In this document: positions 10,348 through 20,943 of the stretch, piece after piece | Position numbering within the stretch: the first letter of the stretch is position 1 | How the letters are laid out: each line of letters opens with the position of its first letter | DNA from: Catajapyx aquilonaris | Lineage: Eukaryota | NCBI GenBank assembly: GCA_000934665.2 | Contig: JYFJ02003444.1 | Coordinates: forward strand, 1 to 41,703 | Direction: 5' to 3' | Length of the DNA: 41,703 bases | Notes under the pieces: model-generated | The model's input: only the letters and a program-made list of their open reading frames with translations | What the model was told of the DNA's origin: nothing | Databases searched by the model: none | Position numbers and translations under genes: made by a program

Positions 10348-10666
10348 TGGACTTGTCAAACTAAAAATCTATTTGCACGTTTTATTATTTGGATTAAACC
10401 TTATTCAAAGCAGCATACACTATGTACAGTAGTTCATTTAAAACTTCTGAAAGGCTCAATGTTACAGTATCTGGGACCATTTTTGGATGAACTGTGTTTT
10501 CTGGGCACACATGTGCATGAATTAGCATGAATAATCGGGAGTTCAGTGTATGCTACTTTACAGAATGTAATTTTTTTTTCTTCAAAAGGATGACTTCACC
10601 ACTCGTATTTACATCACTCCAAGTACATATTGTTCACTGGAAATAAGTCAATGTAAGAAAAAGTGT

Positions 10667-13252
10667 CTATCTTCCCGTCACCAATCCTCGTCCTCTCTCC
10701 CCACCTCCCAACCTGGACGTACTGTTCCCTTCCACATTATCCTGCCTCATCATCATCCACTGCATCCTAGCTGCCTTGTTCTTTTCTCTCTGTCTCATAA
10801 CTTGTGGATGGTTGTCCTTCCGTCTCCTGTTCTGGAACCAGTAGTCAACATTCTGCCTGCTTGGAGGGATCAGGTCAGTTGTGTGGTCATTCCCAGCAGA
10901 CGTTAGGTTAAGAAGCAAACGGGCATATTCCTTGGTCTGAGCTCCAGTTGGGTAGCGATTTTCTGAGTACCACTGTTCTAGTTGAGCAACCTGACAAACA
11001 TGATAACATGAAATTACTTATTCTCTTCATGATGACTAAACAACTAGACCTCATCTACCTCCCCACTTCTCAGATAAATTTATTAGTTTTCCAATGCTAC
11101 TGTGTTAATTAAAAAGTCGTTGAACCAAATGGTTGGACAGCACTTGCATAATCAGGTGTAGCTTTTGTTTTGCAGTCCCACATAGTCACAAGTAGGTTCC
11201 AATATTCCTTATAAAAAATGACGTATGTAACATACTAATCAAAGAGGAGGTAGATGATGGATCAGTATAACGCATGTCAAAATAATCGAACCTGCACTGG
11301 AGTCCACATGACTCTTTGTCGCTCTTGGTATCTTTGAGGTACACGACAGGGATAAACCACTTGGGATGCTGGCTGTACCACATGCTGCGTTGACTGCAAG
11401 GGGGGTTCTTGAAGAACAGGAAGATTCGTCGCAAGTTGCTGAAAGGTTGGTGATTGTGAGACAGGCGATGCAGATGTGGAATCCTCCTGCTTCACTGTAG
11501 GTGGGATGGAGTCTGAGGTGATCTCAGATGCATCCAAATCTGATGTGTACACAGTCTGAAAAACAGGCAACTTTAAATCAGTGCTATAAATAAAATGTTT
11601 CCTTTTCAAGGTGTATGTAGCATGTGAATATTTTACCTGCTAATTCATAACATTCTAGGAGGCTGTCATGACTTGAGAAACAGGTTTGGTGCTCTGGATT
11701 TGAAAGTTACGGTCAATATTTTGATAAATACAGCATGTTTTTCAAACAAGTTCTACAGATTTTCTATTTTTCTAAAAAAATACATGAACTTTTGCATATA
11801 CCTAATATTTTACAGGAAAAACCCCTATTTTCACGGGCCAAGTTCTCATCACACACCTGTCGAGTCTGTCAATTCAGTTGCATGAAAACATTTCATCACA
11901 GAGGGATATCTTCTGCTGCTTTAGCAAACTTCCTCACCACAAAATCCACTCTACTTACAGAGCTAGTATCACATCCTCTAGCAGCACCAGAAGACATCTC
12001 GACATCTTCTTCTGCCCTACTCTCCACATCTTCCTCCTCCACCTCCCTCTCTGTTTCTCCCTCTCTTGCACCCACTTCCCCACTGAGTCCTCTCACTTGC
12101 AGAATCTCAGCAGCCTTCAGGAAGCCAGGGAGGGAACTCTGGACCACTCGAGTTTGTCCATAGTACATGAACTGAAGAAGCGCATTCATATCCTGTTGTG
12201 AGAAATATTTAAAATACAAATACAGTGCTTGCAATGAAACTTTGAAAGGGTAGAAACAAGGAGGTAGTCACTCCTCAAAAATGTGTACACCGGCTCTCTT
12301 GAATTGGGGCTCTCCTCGGCTCTCACAGGTTCTCCTCGTCTCTCCGCGGCTCTCTGAGGCATCGGTGAGCCAGTAAGATCATGGGTGAGCCGGTGTATAC
12401 TCTCTGTTGAGCATGTTGGTAAGCCAGGAGGGCCGAGGAGAGCCGGGGTGGGCCGAGGAGGCTGCCAAAGGCAAACAACGTCATATGATGAGGAATTATG
12501 AGGAACAAAGGTGTGTTTTCCCCGGCTCTCCCCAGCTCTCCTCAGCTCTCTGTGGCCCACCCCAGCTCTCCGAGGCTCACCAGTGAGGGTGTACACCAGG
12601 TCTTGGAAGTGACTACCCCCTATGGTAGAAACATACAGGAAGTCCCCGGTCGACAAACCAAGTTAGTCAAGTTACATTCCTGAAAATGTCCATAAGTCGG
12701 ATTTGTATGTAACTCGAATCCCTGAGGAACAGCGCATATAATACAGGGTAAAGATGACGCTCCAATGAACCACATATGACATGAGTGTTTGTTTACATGC
12801 ACAGAAGAATGTAGTTATCCAATTATTTATTACTTATACAGTATTTTTGTTGAAGTTGGTGTTGGTCAAAATATGCAGAAGAGATTGAAAGTGGAGATAA
12901 AATTATAATTATCCTTCTGGGGAGACTTGGGAGCCTGTTCATAAGTACAGATCACCATAAGTCATTTGTAAACTGGGGCCTTGGTGTATACGTCAGCAAT
13001 ATTTACCTCATAAGAAATCCCATTGAGGATGACGATGGGGTGCGGAGTCGAATTAGCAGCAAACACATTCTCAAAGTAGGGACTGCAGGCGCTAAGAACT
13101 GCCTGGTGAGCACGAAGGGTCCGTCCCAGTCCTTCGCAAGCAAGAGTCACATCCACAAGCACCTCCCGCTGCAGCAGACTGCACAAGGCTGCGCTCAACT
13201 TGCACTGGGAATCTCGCCACTGAAGACACAACTCACCACCATCGCTGGACAT
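10667..13252 (-). CDS. tramtrack-type BTB/POZ protein with C-terminal atypical homeodomain, 4 coding exons, about 355 aa
   Basis: Exons 13252-13007, 12192-11959, 11555-11292, 10990-10667, all GT-AG and phase 0. BTB: LCLQW...LVDVTLACEG...AHQAVLSACSPYF...HPIVIL|DMNALLQFMYYGQ...FLKAAEILQVRGL. Homeodomain: RQRVMWTPVQ|VAQLEQWYSENRYP...VDYWFQNRRRK. An acceptor sits 2 nt upstream of the ATG. Confidence 0.88.
12283..12597. mobile_element. degenerate MITE-like element with internal CGGCTCTC repeats (intronic)
   Basis: Bounded by gtgtacac at both ends, with many direct and inverted copies of ggctctc/gagagcc; GC-rich relative to the rest of the intron. Confidence 0.45.
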
Positions 13253-13839
13253 GGCTGGAAAAGTACCAAATTCGTCATGCAGTAAGAGTCAGACTCGTAT
13301 GACTAAACAACAATTATTGTTGGCAATCAGTACCATCTGATATAATTTATAATGTGTTAATGTTCCGCAGCACGGTAATGTCATAAAGTAATTGCCCATT
13401 ACCCCACTGTTATTACCTGCTCAGAGACACCTGTAGTCGAACTGTGTGCTTGCAGATCAGTTCTGTGGGTCCAAACTCCAGTCAAGAGTTGTTTGGAATT
13501 TGTTTAGAACTTATTTAGAACAGGTCATGGAACAGGTTTAGAATGTTTACCATCAAGAATTCGCGTGGAGCACTCTCAACTGTTCGTGACGTCATCACTC
13601 CGATTCTGCTACTTATAACGACTATCCCAACTGGGGGCAGCTGGGGGTGTCAAAAATACGCCGTCCTCCCCCCTCCAAGTGTACCCACTGGGCTCAGTCC
13701 GTACTTAAAAAAGAGGCAGCCATACTAATTACCTGGAATGCAGGAATAATTAATTCAACGAGCTGTACTTTCAAGCACGTTCACTCACCGTTCTCAATAT
13801 TAATTAGCTAATTAGCTGCTGCGTGAATCAAACCTGCGC

Positions 13840-14012
13840 ACAAATTTATACTAGACGCAACTCATTTCAAAACGCATGCGCATCCACACCATCCACACTG
13901 CTATTGGACAATGAGGTCACATGCTGCTCTCCGATTGGTTACTAGTTTATGCCTCTAGCTACTATCACGTGATAACTAACCAAAGCGTCAAGAAAGGTAA
14001 ATATGGCGGCGT
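13840..14012. promoter_or_regulatory. bidirectional promoter (BTB-homeodomain gene / PRKRIP1)
   Basis: NRF1/ewg-like CGCATGCGCA (13873-13882), two inverted CCAAT boxes (about 13903, 13934), E-box TCACGTGA (about 13965-13972), and YY1-type ATGGCGGC over the PRKRIP1 start. Minus-strand donor sites at about 13731 and 13415 fit 5' UTR exons. Confidence 0.65.
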
Positions 14013-15025
14013 CCATGATAAATAATCAAGTGAAGAAGCCGAAGAAAAACAAGGATTCGGACGAAGATGATGAGGACCACAAGAGGCCCATCATCGCCAA
14101 GACACCGGTGGAGCTGCAGCGGCTCAAGCTGGAGAAGCTGCTCAAGAATCCGGTCAGTCTAGGGAGCAGAAGCACTGCCAATGTCATCAGAATGTGTCAA
14201 AAGACATGTGCCATTGCTCCTAGAAGTTATCAGCTATTAATTATTGTTATATTTTAATAATACTGATTGCCAGTAACCTGCAATAATTGTAATAAGCACT
14301 TGTAACAATCTTACCATGTTAATTCCGCAGGAGAAGCCTGCACCAATCCCTGAGCGTCCTCGTGATCGGAACATGGCTGCTGCCCCAGACTTTGTGCGAA
14401 ATGTGATGGGGTCAAGTGCAGGGGCAGGGAGTGGGGAGTTCCATGTGTACAGGCATTTGCGGAGAAAGGAGTATGCCCGGCAGAAGTTCATTCAGGAGAG
14501 AGCAGAGAAGGTGAGACGCTGCATGAGTTACGTCAGATTTAGGCCGTCAGACCACAAGCATTTTTCCATCACAGAAGCCTATTTTTGCTACAAAACTTAA
14601 GAATTAAAAAATCCAGCGCATTTAAAAAAAACCATTTCCTCGTATATATCTGCAGAACCTTCAGACAGATATGCAAAACAGTCGTTGAACACTGGTGATT
14701 TAGTTGACTGTAGGATAAGTTCTTGTCCAGAATAAACTGTTGAACTGATCCCTCATCGGGGCTCAGAAGTGTAACTATTTGCACATTTTTTCATTAGGAC
14801 AAGAGGGATGATGATTACCACCGCAGGATTGAGGAGAACAAACAAAAGGCTGAGGACCGGACGGCAAAGAAGAGGGCAAAGAGGCAAAAGAAGAAGGATA
14901 TGAAGAAAAATGCGGCCAAGAAGCCAAAAAGTACCAACACCCCGGAAAAAGAAAGTGATGGAGATGACTCCAGTGATGGCTCAGGTGAAGAAAAGGGAGA
15001 GAAGTCTGCTGATTCAGCTGACTGA
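14003..15025 (+). CDS. PRKRIP1: PRKR-interacting protein 1 homolog (DUF1168), 3 exons, 185 aa
   Basis: Exons 14003-14152, 14331-14510, 14798-15025 (phase 0). Motifs [46 protein letters not shown] and [13 protein letters not shown]. Confidence 0.95.
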
Positions 15026-15651
15026 ACTGAAATTTCCATAATTTTGTGTTGGCACATCAATATTTGGGGAACTACATGCAAGTGTTCTGTGATATGGCAG
15101 CAAGGCATTAAGGTTAGTTTCTTCACGGAAATATAAAATCCTAGATTTCATGGAACGATTAAAATGCAGTACAAATTAAAGATGCCCATGAATTTGGCAA
15201 AAAAACTTCCATATGTGGCCTGTGTAGAGTACTTGGATGTAGGAAACCTCGGTGATAGTCTGATCCTGATTTCCACGGTCCCTTTAAGTCTCTCATGTCT
15301 AGAGTGAACTGTATATGTATTATTACCCTGAACACACCTCCAGAAGAATTACAGGCAATAAACTGTTCAAGGAAAAGACTTCACTGCATTTTCATTCACA
15401 CGCAGTAATTTATTATTAGTTGACACACAGGTGAATCGCAGGAATACAAGTAAATAAACCTATAAAGCTACACATTTCCTGTGCTCCTGGTGTCACTAAT
15501 ACTGATCATCACTATTGTAATCTGTACACATCACAAATTTTAAATTAGGTAGGCACACCAACATCAAATCTGGATCCTATTCAATGTATTTGGTTGCATT
15601 CTAGACATGCTTCTGTACAAATAATTTACCCCGAAGCTAATACAGTATAAA

Positions 15652-18597
15652 TCATCTGTTTGGTGCCTTGCTGATGAGCATAAGCATCATGAGCAATGGC
15701 AGGTGGAGTAGGCTGAAGCGAAACAATCTCCTTGAACTCTGGCTGTCTCCATCCTTGTAGAATCTCCATGCTAGAGCAAATGTACAATCAGTAATGAATA
15801 ATGTAGAAGTTATATGCTCAACCGGTCTGGGCAGTGTCCCACTGCTGCACCAAGCATCGGATACACATGGCAAAAACTTACGTAACCAACACAGAATTTA
15901 AAAGCATCATGTGTATCAAGTGTGACAGATGCTACTTGTTACCAATCAACTGATGCTATACTTTCAACTCACCTAAGTAGACAAGCCAAGCATTCAGTGG
16001 TATTGAGTCCACTGCAAATGTCCATGTGGTTGCATTTACTACTGGGGCCAGCGATGAAATTCCCAAAATGGCCACGCTATGTCGCAGGGCCACTCTTCTG
16101 CACAGTTCTAATTGGCAAAAGTATGGTAATTTAAAAATTCCAACAAATCACTTAAATCAAGTGCATTATTCATACACCAAAAATACAGTAACTACCTCCT
16201 GACAGTTGCAATGCCGTGTCGATTCATGACCATATAGGTATCTATATTATTATTGAACTTTTAAAGCATTTTCTCATGTCATGTTCCCAAAGGACAATTC
16301 AACTATTTAAAAAAAAAAAAATCACAACGCTTCTAACTCCAGAATAATTTCAGCATTTACCAAAGAGGTTCCAAACCTACAACTCGTCAAGATGAATCAA
16401 TCAGAGCAGGTGTACCTGGATTTGTGATGCACATCATCCTGTACCCAGCTCTGGCATAATCAGGCCTGAGGTTCCATGAGAGTGCATTGAAATGTGGAAA
16501 CTGCCATGAAAAGAGCAGGCAGCCGAGGAGGAGTGCTCCGGAGTCCAGGGAACCAGTGCACCCTACCCATCCCATAACTGGAGGAACTGCACCCACTAAA
16601 AAAAGACAGAAAAAATGTAGACAGGAGTAGAATTTCCTCCAGGAATGGAGGACAAGAATTTGCCCTTGGTGCTCACTGGGCACATGAACCTATTGTAGTA
16701 TGGTACCATACTGGTTCATATAAATGGTAACAACCCCACTACAACTAATGTGCCTCCAATGAGTTGCTCTATCCTGACCATTTCCATTGATAAGACACTA
16801 TTCATTAAATAATAGTACAAAAAGATAGCCTGCGGAGTACGCATAGTTCCTGACCTATGGAACCAACCCAAGTGTTCAGTATGGTAAGTCTCTTCATTGG
16901 AGTGTAGATTAATGTGTACAAGAACAAGTTGAATGCACCAAGGCAGCAGGTGAGTCCATTCACCCCAAAAGCAAGGATTCCCAATCCTGTGGTTGCAGAT
17001 GCAGCTGCAAAAGCAACTGCATGGCTAGGACTGTAAATGAAAGTAATCGAAGCTGTAATAAAATTCACATAAATCTAAGATGACAAAACACTTACGTGAG
17101 CAGTCCCTTGACAATGACTCTGTTCTTAGTTCTGTCCATTTGTGCGTCAAAGGGTACCTCAAAAAACTGGTTGATGCTGTTGGCTGAGGCAGACACAAGC
17201 CCTGTACCCACGGCACAGAGAGTGAAGCCCACAGGGTCAAAGGCTGCAGGGGCCATCATATAGCCCGTCACTGTAGTGGCCACCACCAGTACTGTAATAG
17301 CACAAAAAAATTAACATACTGCACCTTGTTGCTTACAGTTAGTCTCAAAAAAAATTTACATCAAGGACAACTTATTAAACAGGGCTGGTTCTTCAGACAT
17401 CACATGAGTCCAATGCCAACAGCTAGTAATTACAGTGTGCCATGGGCTCACACAGCAGATAGAGTGTCATCAACTAAATACGTCAGCTACTCTCTGGTAT
17501 GACATGAATGTTCAGCCAACATCCAGAGAAAGTTCTCTGAATGTTCACTCATTATCCACATCTCATTTCTTGGCATTCAGAAAACTTCATTCATAGTGTG
17601 TCACACATTTAGTGTAATGTTTGGAATGAAACTAGTTACCGCACATGATTTAGGTCTATAGTCGCAGATGATCTCTGAGGAATTGAGGCTGGGGTGCATG
17701 ACTGATAGTAAATCTAGGACAAGTGTTACTCGTTGTTGATAACAATTAATGGCGACTACTAGTTCATGATTTACTACCAGAGACACATACCAGTCTTAGA
17801 ATATATCAGTGCTAAACAAATAATCTGCTAAACATTCATGTTCACTAAACATTAGCTTTTAATATTGGACTTTGGGGATATTTACTTGTGTACATTAGGG
17901 CTGATTTCACCAAGAGCGGAATATATGATAAAACCAGGGTTATTTTGGAAAATCCCAATATATTTGTATGGATTTTCCAAAAAAAGAGAGGCTGTTTTAT
18001 CATATACCGCTCTTGGTGAAACCGGTCATAATTGAACCTTTAGGGTTCACTACCCACAAACAACATTGGAATATTTTGCAACACTCACAACTGAGCCTAA
18101 ATTTGGAGAGCTTCATATAATACCCTGGTACATTCCTCCAGTCCACCTCCATTTCCCTCCAGTCCAAGACACTCTGAGGCAGCTTCAGGGCCCCGTCCCC
18201 CTTCAAGTGCCGCCTCCACTGCCCCCCAAACACGCTGCATCCCGGGTCCTCCACCCGACTGTCCCTCAGCACCGACCTGAGCCTGTCCAAGTCGTGGCTG
18301 GAGAGTGCGTCCAGACTCGTCTTCCTCTCCGAAATGAGGCTTGTGTCCACGACTAGTCCCTCTCGCTTCAGGAACAACACGGCTGAGCTCCCGTCTCTTT
18401 TCAGTCCTTCCTCGCTTTTGGACTTACTCTTGACATTGGTGGCCGAACATCGCGTGTGCTTCACAAGGTGCTGTAATGAAAGCATAATTTCATAATCATG
18501 CCAATGCAGAGTGTTGCCCCTGGGGCTTGATTGATCAGGGTCGTACCTTTGCCTGGCAAAAAGAAAAGTGCGGATGTAGATGCCGGATGCGAAACAT
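15652..18597 (-). CDS. COX10: protoheme IX farnesyltransferase (heme O synthase), mitochondrial, 7 exons, 412 aa
   Basis: Exons 18597-18547, 18470-18089, 17291-17096, 17030-16855, 16595-16416, 16107-15973, 15770-15652 join in frame. Motifs [41 protein letters not shown]...[17 protein letters not shown]...DYARAGYRM and [10 protein letters not shown]. The first exon is the least certain. Confidence 0.95.
17898..18028. mobile_element. PIF/Harbinger-type MITE in COX10 intron
   Basis: TTA|GGGCTGATTTCACCAAGAGCGGAATATATGATAAAAC...GTTTTATCATATACCGCTCTTGGTGAAACCGGTCA|TAA: imperfect TIRs of about 35 bp with TWA flanks. Confidence 0.65.
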
Positions 18598-18936
18598 GTT
18601 CTCAATCGGAGCTGCGAAGGGTCTTGCAGAATACCTGAGGACAGACACAGACGCCCAGTACTTGCAAGAGTGGGGGAGGGCAATGAGGAGTCGCGAATTA
18701 AGGAAATGTGCGTGGATCACACAGGAGCCATGCTGCTCTAGTCAGGGTTGCCAACAGAAATTATAATGACAGAATATGTCCCTTTAATAGCTAATTATGT
18801 GCTGATTGCTATTTGGGCATTGGTTGGCAATCAATATTGTGATTAACTAGCAAGTTGTTGAGTAAACGTCATGTGCGATTGGCAGCATTGAACATGTGAG
18901 CGGGAAATTTTTAAAAAATTGAAGGGAGTACATTGC

Positions 18937-18937
18937 G

Positions 18938-18970
<33 letters not shown>
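18937..18970. repeat. (GTT)n microsatellite
   Basis: About 11 pure GTT units between the COX10 and OBP starts. Confidence 0.95.
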
Positions 18971-18971
<1 letters not shown>

Positions 18972-19326
18972 ATGACGATCACGGTACCTTTTTTATGAAA
19001 TGGACGCAGTGCTATAATGTCATTTACGCTTCATTCATGTTATTTTCTGCGTCATGCCATAGTTAAATCTATTGCGCTCTCAAATGGATGATTGACTTTT
19101 TATATTTCGTTATTTACTTTTTTTTAAAAATAGCCTATAAATGAAGCCAATCCGATACATAATCAGTTTCACAATATTGCACTATTATACGGTATCTACT
19201 CGAGCGGTGTGAAACTAATCGTGAGCCAGCACACGCACTGGTGCTTCCGGGCGTGTCACGTACGTGGTTCTCACTTTATCCTGCGAGATTACCAGGGACA
19301 CTACGCTGCTGTTTCCTCCTCAAGCG

Positions 19327-20943
19327 ATGGTCGCAGGAAAGATGATGACTCCTTTCATCCTTATTGTTGTTTTGATCATCTCAGTAGCCAAGGGGCAGGT
19401 AATATGCTGCTTTCCAGTATTCTGACCTCCTTTTCTTTATTGATGGTTCCCAAGGGAAAAGTAGTTCGTGTTAAATCATTTCGTGCACCTCGGCAGCAGT
19501 GGCAGAAAAAGCGAAGGAAAGTGGGGGAAATGAGCTCATCATATGGCCCAGTTTTGTGGTATTGTCACGTATAAAAATTTCAATGGCAGAAAATATCTGG
19601 AATACCTGAAAACAGTTTTACGACAGCACAATTTCATAAAATAATTCGCTTCAAGCTACTACTAAATTTTCATGGAATTATTTACACGGAGAAATTGTAC
19701 AAGGTGTTCTTTCATGTGCCTCGACGTAGCAAGCTAACATAAACTGTACTCAGTAGCACACACTGTGCAGAGTCTTGTTGACCTTGCCTTTTCAAGGAAT
19801 TGACAGTCGGTCGTGCGGACCCGCAAGCTACATGACGAGAGATTTCTCTTTCCTTCTGGGAATTACAGGGAGGCCAGTATGGGGAAGAGTAAATAGTCAT
19901 TAACTGTTTGTGCTAACCAATTCATCTGATAGGTCCAGGCTGGGTGCGCATTACCTGGACCTATTTCTTCAGAAATTTACGGCTCTTTTCAAGAATGCTA
20001 CGCTGAAAATGAAGAAAGACCTCCACCTGCAGTAAGTATCATATACATCATCTAGGTGTTGTTGTCATTTATGATGATCTTGATGATGATGGGATTTACT
20101 TTACAGTGCATGACGCAATGTGTAATGGAAAAACTAAGCATTGTAAGTATTAGCAACATATACGCTCGTACTATACAGCTTATACTATAAACACATTTTA
20201 TATAACAGAAATAAGTCGGAGCAAACTAAATTAGTATGCTCTTTTGACGACATAAGTTGCGTAGAGAGGGTACACTTATACACAGCATGTACTCTTTGCA
20301 TTTATTCATACTCTACACACCTTGCCAGCTTATGTACAATGTAAGGATTTGAATAATATTAATTTCTCTTCTCGATTTTTCAAATAACGATACAAGTAGA
20401 TTCAGCACAAATTTAAAACGACCCATATAAAGTCCAATATCTTCTGTCCAGAGATAGGCTTTTGCTTACTTCTAGGTTCGTATTGTAAAACGCAAAATTC
20501 TGTTGCAGCTAGATGAAGAAGGCTACCCTATACCCCAAATGGTTGCAGATTATTGGATTCCAGGAGACCATCCAGAAGACAAATTATTTATGAAAGAGAC
20601 GTATGAAAATTGTGTGGGAAAAGGTATGTCATATTTAAGTTATTGCTCTCCAATAGATATTTACGGTACCCTACAATATTTTGAAAATAAACAATAATGG
20701 CAGAAACCATGGCCAGCATTGCAGAAATTAATGTTTTGTACATCTTTTTAACAGTGAAATCAGTACCAATAAGTGAAGCACAATGTCCCATTATTTCTGA
20801 AGTGGAATTATGCGTGGATGATGCCTATCAAAAAGTACGTATTTAAAAAAAAAACTTACACTCGTGCAGCTTTCAGTCCTATCATGGCATTTTAATCAAT
20901 TAATTTTGCTGATTTTTCTTTACAGTGCAGGGGAGGCTTGTAA
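19327..20943 (+). CDS. odorant-binding protein (PBP/GOBP family), 6 exons, about 139 aa
   Basis: Exons 19327-19398, 19933-20031, 20107-20142, 20509-20623, 20755-20834, 20926-20943 are phase-consistent GT-AG. They give a signal peptide (MVAGKMMTPFILIVVLIISVAKG) followed by C-x16-C-x11-C-x3-C-x41-C-x13-C-x8-C-x7-C. CMTQCVMEKLSILDEEG matches the OBP CxxxC..k.g..d..G motif. Confidence 0.85.

Noticed and set aside
18598..18720. Longer N-terminus of COX10 suggested by ORF 18000-18683
   Set aside because: It starts at a non-ATG codon and reads through a canonical intron (18546-18471); the ATG at 18597 fits better.
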